A stretch of 61,724 nt of DNA, counting the filler, from Sphacelaria rigidula (taxonomy: Eukaryota), in assembly GCA_964200075.2 (NCBI GenBank). It is 9 parts of 9 records of this genome, joined end to end, with 100 filler letters (N's around TTAATTAATTAA, not from the genome) between each part and the next. Parts side by side here need not be neighbours in the genome. Positions count along the whole stretch, not along the records: positions 20,611 to 27,380 come from CAXNAA020018168.1; positions 27,481 to 34,249 come from CAXNAA020018169.1; positions 34,350 to 41,118 come from CAXNAA020018170.1; 6 more parts are not named here. One strand, given 5' to 3'. Below the pieces are notes generated by a model, which saw nothing but the letters and a program-made list of their open reading frames with translations, ran no database searches and was not told the DNA's origin. A program made the translations under genes and the position numbers. Shown here piece after piece: positions 24,831-36,012 of this stretch; positions within the stretch are counted from its first letter, which is position 1; the number at the start of each line of letters is the position of its first letter.

Positions 24831-24919
24831 TACACGACAAGCGATATTTTTCTCACTTCTCGGTGAACCTGGAGGAAAACGTTTTTCCCGTCATGCTGCA
24901 TGCACATGATCATACGCAG

Positions 24920-25065
24920 GGAGAGAAGCTAGAAGACGAGATTATTGAGATCGCGACGGTGTTGAGGGAGAAGGCTGACGAGATGGTGGCAGAAACGGGG
25001 TCTATAAACTTGGAGGTCGTTCAGCCGATGATGGACGAGCTCAAGGTGCTCAAGGCGAGATACAG
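24920..25065 (+). CDS. Internal exon of an unknown helical protein (weakly WHEP-like helix-turn-helix)
   Basis: ACGCAG acceptor, AG|GTGAG donor; GEKLEDEIIEIATVLREKADEMVAETGSINLEVVQPMMDELKVLKARY. Confidence 0.7.
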
Positions 25066-25139
25066 GTGAGCGCTGCCACACTTGATTATTTATTGTACGG
25101 TATCCGCTGATCGACTTTCCCCAATGGTCAATGGTTTCC

Positions 25140-25545
25140 CCAGTGGTCAATGGTCAAATGACTAAGGCAAGCAACAAATGAGTACGCCCCCCCCCCCCTC
25201 CCTGGTCAATGGTCTTATGACTATGGCAAGCATGATCATGAGTACACCCCCCCCTCCCTGCAAGCTCACCCACAACGGTCTACTTTTGTCAAAGCTGCGT
25301 GCTATGCTTTCCCCCCAGTCTGTGCTGCCGTTACTCTCAGAGAAGATACATTATCCTTGTCGTGTGTCTCCTCCCGCCTCCCCACATGACGGCGCTTTGC
25401 GCTTGGTGATTGATTGCGAGCCTGGTCCAGCGAAAACCGGGCGTGCTCCGTCCCGGCTTTGTGGGGATGCGAGGTCAATGATCATGTGACTTCGGCATGC
25501 AAAATCATGAGTACCCCTCCCTCCCCCCCTGCCTTCTACTCCCCC
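25140..25545 (-). repeat. Dispersed repeat family A copy
   Basis: GTGCTCCGTCCC, ATGAGTAC-C-run and GGTCAAATGACTAAGG motifs in reverse orientation. Confidence 0.75.
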
Positions 25546-25573
25546 TCTCCCTTCTCTTTTTATTTGAATCAAC

Positions 25574-26948
25574 CCTCGCGCGTGCTAAAATGGGTAGCGC
25601 CTGTGATTATGATGTGTTCCGCCCCTTGTGTCCAAGATCATGCTTGGCCTGGTTCACTTCACTGCAGTCAAAGTCTAGTTGCTTCAAGCCCTGTGGGCTG
25701 TGTCCTGCGCTTGTATGGATGGGCTGCTGCTGAGAAGGCACATGTGCTGTTTGTCTGAGGTGAATCTGGAAACAGCGGTGGCCGTGATGTGTACCGTTCG
25801 CAGAACGTCAGAACTAGCTAATCTTCCATAGACGGTGCGCAGTATGGCCGCAAACTTTCCAGATTCGGTGCACAACTCACAGCACGGAATCGTTGTGGGA
25901 AAGGGTTCAGGTCTGCGAGGCGGGGTCGGAGCCCGCCTCGCGCTGGTCGATTGGGTCTTGACCTTACGAAATTACAGACAGGCCTGTGAACAATGGCCGT
26001 AACTCACTTACCCAGGACGTGTGTGTGTGTCGGTTATGACTTCTCACTTAGTGTAAGGGAATGGTGCGTGTAGGGACGCGACAGACTTGCCCTTGAACCC
26101 AAACTTTATGCGTTGAGTGCTCAGAACCTCCGGCAGATCGTTATCACTGTACTAGTGGTGTCGGTGACTCGAGGACAGTGCTTCAGGTCCGCAGGGGTGA
26201 TATGGCATACCCTTTTGTGCGGGTCGGACATCCGATCGGACATCTGTCATGTCCGACCCGCATAAAGGGGTATATGCCATATCACCCGTGTGGGCCCAAA
26301 GCATGTTCCTCGGGTTAGTCGCTGATACCACTATAGTAGCAACGCCGATCTCCCGGAGGTTCTGAGCAGTTACCGCAGCAAGGTTGGGTTCAAGGCCAGC
26401 TCTTTCAGGCCGGATGAATCATCGTACGGTGACGTCTTAGCGTACGAACACCGAAGGCTCATTCTTGATTTGGCTAGTCGTTGGGTGTACAACTAGTTGA
26501 TGGAGGGTCAGATCGATGGGGAGTCGGATCGATCGTCGTGTCGCTCGATGATATCCGCACCGAAGGATCGTTTCAGCCTCGTCGTCCTCTAGCTTCAGAG
26601 GGGTAGCCGGCTAGCATCGCTGTAGCTGGTTGCTGTAATTTTGACCGCTGCCCAGTCCGGGCTATGGTCATGCCCTTTACTTATGGCATCCGTCACGACA
26701 CCCACTGTCTATGGCTCTTGTGTTAACCTCAAGCCTGTTCTTTCAAAGCTCGCCTAGTCCAAGTCCGCTTCGCATCCCTACACGCACCGCTCCCTTACAC
26801 CGAGTAAGAAGTCATAACCGACACACGAACACCCACGTCTCCTGTAAGATAAGTCACGGCCGCTGTCCACAGGTCTGTCTTTAACGTAGGTAAACACCAT
26901 TCTGGAAATATCTGGGGACATGGGGGGGGGGCACAGCTTGCGTGCGGG
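25574..26948 (+). ncRNA. Candidate large structured RNA / nested foldback element
   Basis: Terminal pairing, a ~130-bp long-range stem, a ~310-nt hairpin and many local hairpins; no ORF >=60 aa between 25875 and 26778. Confidence 0.5.
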
Positions 26949-27195
26949 AATGTTATGTAGTAAGGAAAAAAAAGCACATAGGGGAAACCGCACGACCTTT
27001 TGAGTACAGGCTGGTTGGTCCTGCTACTAGACCCGAAGGAGTGACTCCATCGATTGCTCATTCGAAGTCGAGAGTGAAGATGTGATATTTTTCAGGAAAG
27101 GAGCGCATTGTCTATTAAAAAACAACCACCAGAGATGTGTTTCATTTTTTTCTTCAGAAATCAGGCCCAGTTGAGGGAATTTTCCAGGGGTCTAC

Positions 27196-27310
27196 ACGTT
27201 ACACGTGCCACAGCGTTACACGTTACGTTCACGTTACGTTTTGGCCGAAACGTAACGTGAACGTTACTTTTTTTTTTACGTGATGAACGTAACGTGAGCG
27301 TAACGTTAAA
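27196..27310. repeat. ACGTT/AACGT-rich palindromic repeat
   Basis: GTTCACGTTACGTTT-TGGCCG-AAACGTAACGTGAAC perfect inverted repeat plus flanking motif copies. Confidence 0.7.
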
Positions 27311-27380
27311 TTTTGAATTATTATTATTATTATTATTATATCCATCACATTAGCTCGATCCCTCGAACCCGTGGTCACAG

Positions 27381-27480
27381 NNNNNNNNNNNNNNNNNNNN
27401 NNNNNNNNNNNNNNNNNNNNNNNNTTAATTAATTAANNNNNNNNNNNNNNNNNNNNNNNNNNNNNNNNNNNNNNNNNNNN
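27381..27480. other. Artificial contig linker
   Basis: Identical spacer. Confidence 0.98.
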
Positions 27481-27752
27481 CATGGGTGTCTAATGAGGTA
27501 CCAACGAGGTAGGGAGGGGGGGGGGGGGGGAGGTACTCAGTATTCTACATTCTGTAATCATATGACCATTGACCTTGCATCCCTGCAAAACCGGGACGGA
27601 GCACGCCGAGTTTTCACCGGACCAGGCGCGTGGGAGGGGAGGGGGGCGGGGGGGGTTCAGGAATGACTTGGTGTCAGATAGGTGATGCCGGGTATGCTAT
27701 ATTCGAGAGACTCGTGGTGTGTGTGCAGCTGCCTGATGAAACACTCATATAC

Positions 27753-27815
<63 letters not shown>
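27753..27815. repeat. (ATA)n microsatellite
   Basis: Direct reading. Confidence 0.95.
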
Positions 27816-29142
27816 TAGTTTTTTCGAGTTACTTTGGATCGATTCATTGGATGACTACGAAGATTTGTGCTTGACCCTGTCCTCCAGGGTAGGTGATCTG
27901 TTGAATTGCCATCACTTGTCTCTTGCGCGTGACCCAGATCACCTACCCCGCCGGTCCGGCGGGCAAAGGGCTGCGATGTATGTTGTGGTCCGAGACGCTG
28001 GCTCAGGGTCCGCCCCTGTACTCCGTCCATAACCGCGGTCACCTAAGGAAACTAGAGAAGTCAACAGTATCCGTGTCACCCACAGAAGCAAGGAGCGGTG
28101 GCGAAGCGATACAAAACTCGAGTACGGCTACCTTTGTACTCGCATGCCTCTAGTACGTTCCGTATCCGGTATAACACGCTAGGGTGATGAGTTTTTGTGC
28201 TCCCATTAATCAGCCGGAGGTGTTTTCTAGTGATGACTTCCTCGGTCCCGTAAGTCTGCTTGGTGATGGCTATTTTATCGTCTGAGTGCGTAGCGGTTTC
28301 CGTGAAAATGCTGTCGTCGGGTTTATTAGTAGGATACAACGCAGACGATAATAAAACAGTGCGCAAAATTGGAAGTTGATTCTCTATACAAGAAATGAGT
28401 AAAAATGTGTTCATTTCTCTTCTATTTTGTTTCAACATTACAAAAAAAATGTTCGGGAATTGTCACAAAATTTCCCGGTATACCCCCACGCGATCGTCAC
28501 AACCACAGTGAAGACCCCTAGCACCGCGCCACCTCGCCAACCGGGCGCCGCCATCATATTGCTGCCCCTACGTAATGGCCGTCGATATTTTAATGGCTAT
28601 TCCGCCGTTCAAGTTGACGGCGTCGACGTGTTTTTGCCCTAGAAACGGGGCGAGATACAGCGATTCCCGGACCGACTGATTTCTTCCGGTCGTTCGACCG
28701 CATGGAGGAAAGCGGAGACTGGTGAAGAACACATGTGGTCTCACGTAAACAAACGGCAAAGAAGGCAATGAAAAAGGCGAAAAAAACAAATCGGGCAGCG
28801 TTAAGGGCCCGTACCATGACCAAGCGGACTTGTGGGACTGAGGAAGTTAACAAGCTTCCCCGATTCAGTACTGTGCGTCCCGAGACGTCAAGATGAGAAC
28901 CGTTACATTACGTTGTCCAAGTGTACTCTTTTGCAAGGAGGAATCGTGGGGGGTCAAATTTGAGTAGTCTTTTGCAATGAAGCAAAAAATATCTTTGTTT
29001 GCGGACGTCCTTTTCCCTTCATCTCATGTGAGTAATTTGGGCTCTTGATTTCTGTTGTCTCTAATTGATTCACCCACGAGAGATTGACACGTGGTTCGAA
29101 CTATATTTTTTCCCCCCATTTTTTGTTTTTTTCTTCGTGCAG

Positions 29143-29364
29143 GTGCTGTCCGGAATGACCAACCGCAACAGCAACGATGAAAACAAGCCAAGACCCACGG
29201 CGAGCAAAGGATCCATCAGCAAACCAAGGATGCCGTCGCACAGCGCTAGCATGCCTCCTTCTTCTTCCACGCACAAGAGGGCCAGGGAATCGAGTCACAC
29301 GGGCAAAGCGACCACCCCGAGAAAGAGCAAGAAGACATCGCCAGCCTCCCCTGACACGCGTAGG
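29143..29364 (+). CDS. Possible exon, Ser/Lys/Pro-rich disordered protein
   Basis: Strong polypyrimidine tract with TGCAG acceptor, GTGAGA donor, 222 nt open. Confidence 0.45.
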
Positions 29365-32300
29365 GTGAGATGACATATGACACGAAGATGTGGAGGAGGA
29401 TAGCGATGATGTTGGCCTTCAAAGACTAAGCGTGGGCTGATAATACATTCGCCATGCCACCAATGCATCAAACATCATTTTCTAGCACACCTCGGGCAGA
29501 TTATGATCCGTCAGAAAATTACTTCTCCTCAGTATACTGATCCGGATCATTTGGCCCCTCTTTTCCATTTTTGCTCCTCACAGCGCCGGACGCTGAGCAC
29601 GCCGAGTAGCGCGAAGGCTGGGCTTTGACTTTTCTGACTCCGCGGTCACATGTTGTGTTTTTATAGATCAACGCACTCGAGAGTCTTCGTTGATTGGTTT
29701 CAAACAAATCATGATCTGTCCGACGTGTATTACCTGGGGATCCACAGTATTTTTATCTTCGATAATAGAATGCACGGTAGTATCGTTGACGCAGGATTTG
29801 GCGTACGTGATGCGGGTACCTCGAGGCAGGGGGCACAACAACCAAGGTTTTCCATTTTTGAACTATTCATACTATTGAAGAAAAAGGCCTCGTTTGCCCT
29901 CACCGCGGGTACTGTGCAGTATGATGTTAATACTTTGACATTGATGATGTGCATCGATCGATGCGGGCTGATTATGTCTAATGACCATATTCTAGAGAGT
30001 GCGCCACGTATCCAGGTAATCGACAGCGTTCTCCTTTTAGGGACCAATCGCAACCCTCTGCCAACCCATGCATGTCGCGCTACGAATTGAGAACTTCGCT
30101 CATGAATTTGGGCCTTGGAAATTTTCAAAATATGAAAACCTGAGCACGAACTGTGATGTTTGAGTAAGAGCCCCACACTAAAAAACTAACAATATAATAG
30201 TGACTGTTGGTCGCCCACAGCGGAGTCAAAAACTCGAGCGTTATACCGAATAAGAGGTTCCTGAGTGGTGGCGCTATCTGCACGCGCCCTGTACGTTTCA
30301 ATACCATTTGCGTTTTTTTTTCATATCAATCTCGGTATGCGATGGGTGCGTACTTCGTACGATTGTACGCTAGGCTCGCACGGAATAGGGGCCAACACGA
30401 AGCAAGATTTGAGGATCTGAGTGTGTTGGCTTGACGCTCGTCGGCTGCCCTCGGACTGCCCCCCCCTCTCCCTCTCCTTGGAGAGGGGAAGAGGACATTG
30501 GGCGGCTTCTTTCGGATGGCCTTGGAGCGATCTTTCTCGGGGGACTTTTTGCCATGCGTTGAACAACCGGGTCAGATCCGGAACGGAAAAAAAATTCGAC
30601 TGTTTGAATTTCTGACAAAGCATCGCGAAAATTTTGTTGTGGTGACCTGCGCCGCGTTTTTTGTCGGTCCATGTCGTGAAGGTTTTCAAAAGCTGGACGG
30701 TGTGGGTTTGGATGTGCCGACGGTGATGAGATGAGATGACACCGTTTTGCCAACCCGTATGTTTCTCGCAGGCCGCTGGTGCTGGATATGGTTGCGCTCC
30801 GTCACCGAAGGATAAGAAGATCCCGGACCTGACGGTGAGAGATACTTGCTTTTTTTTCCCCCATGACCCCGTCGGCATGTTTCGTAGAGCGCATCCGCAG
30901 TCGTCAAGGGCACGTTTTTGAGATTGATCTAACGTCTTAGCCAGTTGCCGTCGTACGAAATGAAGACGAACACGCGACCGGTACCAATGGGAAGGCTACG
31001 ACGTACTTCATGTACGGAAACATTTTGTTGTCCTTGACATGACTACAAGACACTCTGGGGAAGATGTTGTCCCCTCCTTTGCCTGAGTACGTGCTAGGGT
31101 TCAGATGTATCGTCAGGGTCTGTTGATTACGACTGGTGATGCCCTTGAACAGGCGAGTTGTCACCAGAACTTATACATCTTGCTGATGTGAAATCACCCT
31201 TGCCTCCCTCCCCACCTCCCCGATGAGCATATTTTTGCCACAAGCCCCCTCCTCTGAAAGAGGGGATGTTACTCGACGTATTTGCCGTTTGCGGGCGGAC
31301 TACATGATGCTTCTAGACATGGGAGGTATAATGGCTACATCGACACCCTAAATAAGTGCCCCTAGGATAGTCAAGGCCCAAGCGCTGAAACGTCAGTTGG
31401 CGCTTGCGAAGCTGGAATTTTCGGATTCGGCCGCAACTTTTTCCCACCCGTACGAGTTCCATGGTGTAGATGTGATTTCTGGGTTGCTTTCTTTTATAGC
31501 CCGCCCTGACTACTATACCTCGAAATGGTAAAATCGAATGTCAGGTCATTTTCCAGGGAAATGGGGGACTCATAGCGCAAAAATATCATTTGGAGTAGGC
31601 CCGAAGTAATTCGCACCCCAGAAGGTGGCATATCTCAGATCTGGACCATACCCCCTACCCCCATTTCTCGGCCTTGGAGAAGTTTTCACCCATTGTCCAA
31701 GAACCACTATTGAAGCAGTACGAAAGCTACAGTAATTCGTTCATTTTCTGCAGGAGAGTTTCAACGCACACAAACAATGAGTTTGCTCGACTCATCTTTT
31801 TCTACACTCCCTTGAGACTACAGCGCGACCTCAGGAAAGCTCCAAAACTCACCTGCTTCAGGGGTGTTCTGTAGTCATCATATCAGCTCGACCTTGCTGA
31901 CTCGCGATCAACTCGCAATTAAGTTTCGCAATTAAGAGACATGATTGCTCCGACTCCGGGAGCATACCCTCGAAACGTGAACCAACTTCATTTTCACACA
32001 AGTCTGACCACGTCTGGCAGCCTGATTCCTTGCATCTAAAGTACCTCCCCCCCCCCCCCCCCCCCCCCCCCCGCCCCCTCCCCGCTCCCACCTTTGGTCG
32101 CCGTTGTTGTGGGACACACCCGCACCCCCCCGCCCCCCCCCCCCNNNNNNNNNNCTGGCAGCCTGATTCCTTGCATCTAAAGTACCTCCCCTCCCCCCCC
32201 CCGCCATGTCCTTTGGCTTACACTGTATTCAAATTTGGGTGTCGTGTCGGGAGTGACATACATGCCACCCCCTGTGCACTCCCACCTAATTCCTGTTGTT

Positions 32301-33459
32301 CACTTCCGCCCCCCTCTCGTCGTATGTTGGTCATTTCCCATTTTTCCTACGCACGCACGCACGCACGCCCGACCATGTGTTTCATGTTGATCAGGAGCGA
32401 GAGGTGATCACCAAGCCGCCCTGTCCACTGTCGGAGACGTGAGTGCATCCGTGTCGCGGTTTGACTATATACTTGCTTGATCGACTAATTAATTGGCTGT
32501 CGCATATATAAGCTGATCCCCTGCGATGTCAGTCATGGTCAAACGATGGACGTGCCCAAGGTCAATGAGCGAGTATGACGCTCGCCGAAGTAAACTCAAA
32601 TGGGAAAGATGAACAGACGATAACAAATTTCAACTGGAAGACGTAAAAAAAAATACATATTCGAGTATATATACCAGGGAATAAAAAAAATCACCATAGT
32701 ATGTGTTGCACTTTTTTTTAAGTTTTGGGCCGTGAGTCAAGTCAAGGTTCGCGTTCACAGATATCGTCGCTCCTGCTGCCTGGCCAGGTATGACCTCTGT
32801 TGACACGGGATTCTTGTCATCGAGAAATTACTGTAGGGCTCAGGTGTTTCATGTACGACAAATCGCGTAGTATAATTGGTGGACGTACGCGAAACCAATA
32901 TCTTGTACGAAGATTTGGGAATAGCGACGCGATTTCGGAGCTGGAACGATGGCGCAAGAATCATGCTCACCGCCACACGAGGGACAGCACGTTTGGATTG
33001 CAGTGGTGATATCGTTTGTTGGACTTTCGGATGTAAGGTCGTCTTCTGTGCCGAGTGGCGGCCGATGTTGCGCCCTTTGTGTCTCCGTCCCCATGAAATT
33101 TGTACAGATGGCGTTCTTTGCGAACCGGCTGGGTTTTAGTTTGCCCCACTAGTCTGCAAGTGCATGTGCCGTGCTGCTAGTCTCTCACGGGTGGGGGAAA
33201 GAAATGCGTGGCAAAGTGAGTTTGTCACAACGATCCTCATTTTTGCTCCTTGGTGTTGTACTGTACTACTGTGCTTTGCGTTTTCCATCTCGTTCGAAGT
33301 AGATGAAACCTCATCTCCCAGTACGCATGTTCAATTCAATTTTTTTGGGGGGGAAGGGGGTCGGAGGTCTGTTGTCCTTCGCTCCACCAAGGGGCCTTAG
33401 AGACTGGAAAACGGTTTATACCCCCCCCTCCCCCACCGAGGTGTCTCTATTAGGAGTAG

Positions 33460-33660
33460 GAACGGTGCTCCGTCTCGAAAGGGATGCGTGGTCAACGGTC
33501 AAATGACTAAGGCAGGCAGCAAATGAGTGCTCCACCCCTCCTCCCCCTTCCCCCCCCCCCCGCGCCTGGTCCGGCGAAAAACCGGTGTGCTCCGTCGCGA
33601 CTTTGTAGGGATGACTAAGGCATGCAATATCATGAAAACACCCCCCTCACCCTTCCCTCC
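33460..33660 (-). repeat. Dispersed repeat family A copy
   Basis: GTGCTCCGTCTCGAAAGGGATGCGTGGTCAA..CCTGGTCCGGCGAAAA..GTGCTCCGTC. Confidence 0.75.
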
Positions 33661-33903
33661 CCAGCATCCACGCCCCCGCCTCCCCTTCCCTCCCCGGCCG
33701 CACGCCGGATCGTCTTCTTTAGACCACTTTTCCGCATTCTCCTGTGTCCTATACTTGTCATATTTTCAACGCTTCCCTTCCTCGGGAAGGGTCGGTAGTC
33801 TCAAGGGATGGACGGAAGTCTCGAGGGATGAGCTCATCCAATCCCTTCCCCGGTTGGTGTGCACAGCCTGCAACCGATGTCTGTTGTGTGCCCACCCCAA
33901 TAG

Positions 33904-34056
33904 GAAAAATGGCGACAAATACAACGGTCACGTGCGCGGCGGGGAGGCGCACGGGCTGGGCGTTTTGGCCTACGCGAATGGAGAGAAGTACAAGGGGGAC
34001 TTCCGAGCGGACATGCGCTGCGGGAGGGGGGTCTGCTTCTATCCCGACGGATCCAA
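33904..34056 (+). CDS. MORN-repeat protein, internal exon
   Basis: NGDKYNGHVRGGEAHGLGVLAYANGEKYKGDFRADMRCGRGVCFYPDGS gives two MORN repeats; TAG acceptor, GTGGGT donor. Confidence 0.9.
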
Positions 34057-34083
34057 GTGGGTAATAGTACTATACTACTTGGC

Positions 34084-34128
34084 GTAGTGGTGGTGGTGGT
34101 GGTGGTGGTGGTAGTGGTAGTGGTAGTG

Positions 34129-34168
<40 letters not shown>

Positions 34169-34243
34169 TAGTAGTAGTAGTAGTAGTGGTAGTAGTAGTG
34201 GTAGTGGTAGTAGTAGTAGTAGGAGTGGGCGTAGTGGTAGTAG
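34084..34243. repeat. (GTA/GTG)n microsatellite
   Basis: Direct reading, at a contig end. Confidence 0.95.
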
Positions 34244-34249
34244 GAAGAG

Positions 34250-34349
34250 NNNNNNNNNNNNNNNNNNNNNNNNNNNNNNNNNNNNNNNNNNNNTTAATTA
34301 ATTAANNNNNNNNNNNNNNNNNNNNNNNNNNNNNNNNNNNNNNNNNNNN
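34250..34349. other. Artificial contig linker
   Basis: Identical spacer. Confidence 0.98.
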
Positions 34350-34364
34350 TGATAATGATGCTGC

Positions 34365-34419
<55 letters not shown>

Positions 34420-34454
34420 AATGATGATAATGATAATGATGATGATGATGATAA

Positions 34455-34517
<63 letters not shown>

Positions 34518-34521
34518 GATG

Positions 34522-34564
<43 letters not shown>

Positions 34565-34594
34565 TAATAATAATAATGATAATGATGATAATAA
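34350..34594. repeat. (GAT/AAT)n compound microsatellite
   Basis: Direct reading, at a contig start. Confidence 0.95.
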
Positions 34595-34698
34595 TTGCTA
34601 GCGGGAAAAAACGACATCTGCAATGATGGCCTTGTACCTCGATCAGACAATAAATGAGTAGTATGCAACTGACCTCATCGCTACAAAGAAGAGTTTAA

Positions 34699-34943
34699 CC
34701 CTTTTGGAACCGTTGATGGAAGAGTGACGATTTACAACTGACGTTTTCTTGGGGCAAAATATGCTTCTTATTCTGCAAGTGTTGATGATTCAGCCCACCA
34801 AAACGGTGCACCACTCTCAGTTCAAGTACTTATGTATGTGACAGATTTGTGAACCGAACTCGAAGTGACGTTTTCCCGGTGACGAAAGCTCACAAATAGG
34901 AGTTTGTAAATCGTCAACCTTATTATCAACGGTTCCAAAAGGG
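34699..34943. mobile_element. piggyBac-type MITE
   Basis: TTAA on both sides (34695-98, 34944-47); perfect 19-bp TIR CCCTTTTGGAACCGTTGAT plus a subterminal TGACGATTTACAA inverted repeat. Confidence 0.85.
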
Positions 34944-35214
34944 TTAAAAAAACATGAGTAGCTGTTGCTCACTAAAAGTCTTGAAAATACTCGGTAATAA
35001 GCATGTAGCATTCATATAATCTACATGAAGTCAAGCACAGCCGCAAGATACAGGCTGATTCAGGGTGAATGCCCCAACTTATTCCGCCCCATATACAGCA
35101 TGCAAAACTGATCCGATATAAACATATTTGGTATAGTAGTCAGCATCAGAAGTTTTCAGAGTTCGTAGTTGTTGTAGTTTTTGAGTTTTTCTGGAGGACT
35201 AGTCTTCACTACTA

Positions 35215-36012
35215 CTTGAAAGTGCTAGCGCCGGTAGATCTAGGGGGAAAGCGTAGGTCGCGCTCAAACTGCAGTGCTCAAGTTGGTGTTTTTGGGGCGA
35301 TACGGACTTGATACCCCGTTTATCAGGGGGTGTTATTGACTGTTTTTGGCCCAATATAAGCAGCTTGCTTTCCCGCTCTTCAGCGACGAAACGGTGAATA
35401 TTCAGATAAATGAATACGTGTAAAATTCTTCAGAATAACGATCGGGATCTTGTTCCCCTCCTATACTGCACAGACCTCAGTCTAGCATTCTCTGCGGATG
35501 GCCTATTTTCGACGTTTTTTCGCATAACATTTTCCATGAGCATTCGAAAGTGCTAGCGTCGATAGTTTTGGCAAAATAAGCAAACCGTGCTCAAATCACA
35601 ATTGCCCAAGTTGGTGTTGTGGGGGCGATATCGGGCAAAGACCCCGTTCATCAGGAGGGTGCTATCGACCGTAAATGGTCCAAGAAACATAGTTCTCCGG
35701 CTTCAGCGCAGTGATTAGATGAAATTAGGAAAAAATAATCATTTTTGAGTCTTCATTTATATGATCGGGATCGAATCGGTCCACCGAAAATACCGAAAAG
35801 CTAGAGCCTGGGGTCGCGTTTTCGCAGGACACCCGAAGGTCGGTCAAGCCCATAAGTCATTCAATATTGATCGCAGATATTTTTTCTTTCGATATATGTG
35901 AAGAGGTTTAAATATCTCCGGATGTCCATTTTTTGGCATTCAACAGTCACTGTGATGAGCGGTGGCACGCAAAACAAATTTGGACAATCTTTGAGAAACT
36001 AAGAAATTACGA
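35215..36012 (+). repeat. Dispersed repeat with internal ~130-bp duplication
   Basis: 35218-35345 resembles 35548-35675; homologous to 52665-53105 on another contig. Confidence 0.65.

Noticed and set aside
26400-26590. Hammerhead ribozyme cores within the structured segment
   Set aside because: Closest matches (CGGATGAA on +; ACGATGA..GAAA and ACGACGA..GAAAC on -) lack the invariant CUGANGA and proper flanking stems
30321-31164. Overlapping ORFs of 60-185 aa
   Set aside because: No recognisable domain or splice pattern
32014-32200. Direct duplication CTGGCAGCCTGATTCCTTGCATCTAAAGTACCTCCC
   Set aside because: Copies flank a 10-N gap next to poly-C; probably an assembly overlap artefact
34057-34668. 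Poly-Val and poly-Tyr/Ile ORFs
   Set aside because: Translations of microsatellites running into the artificial linker
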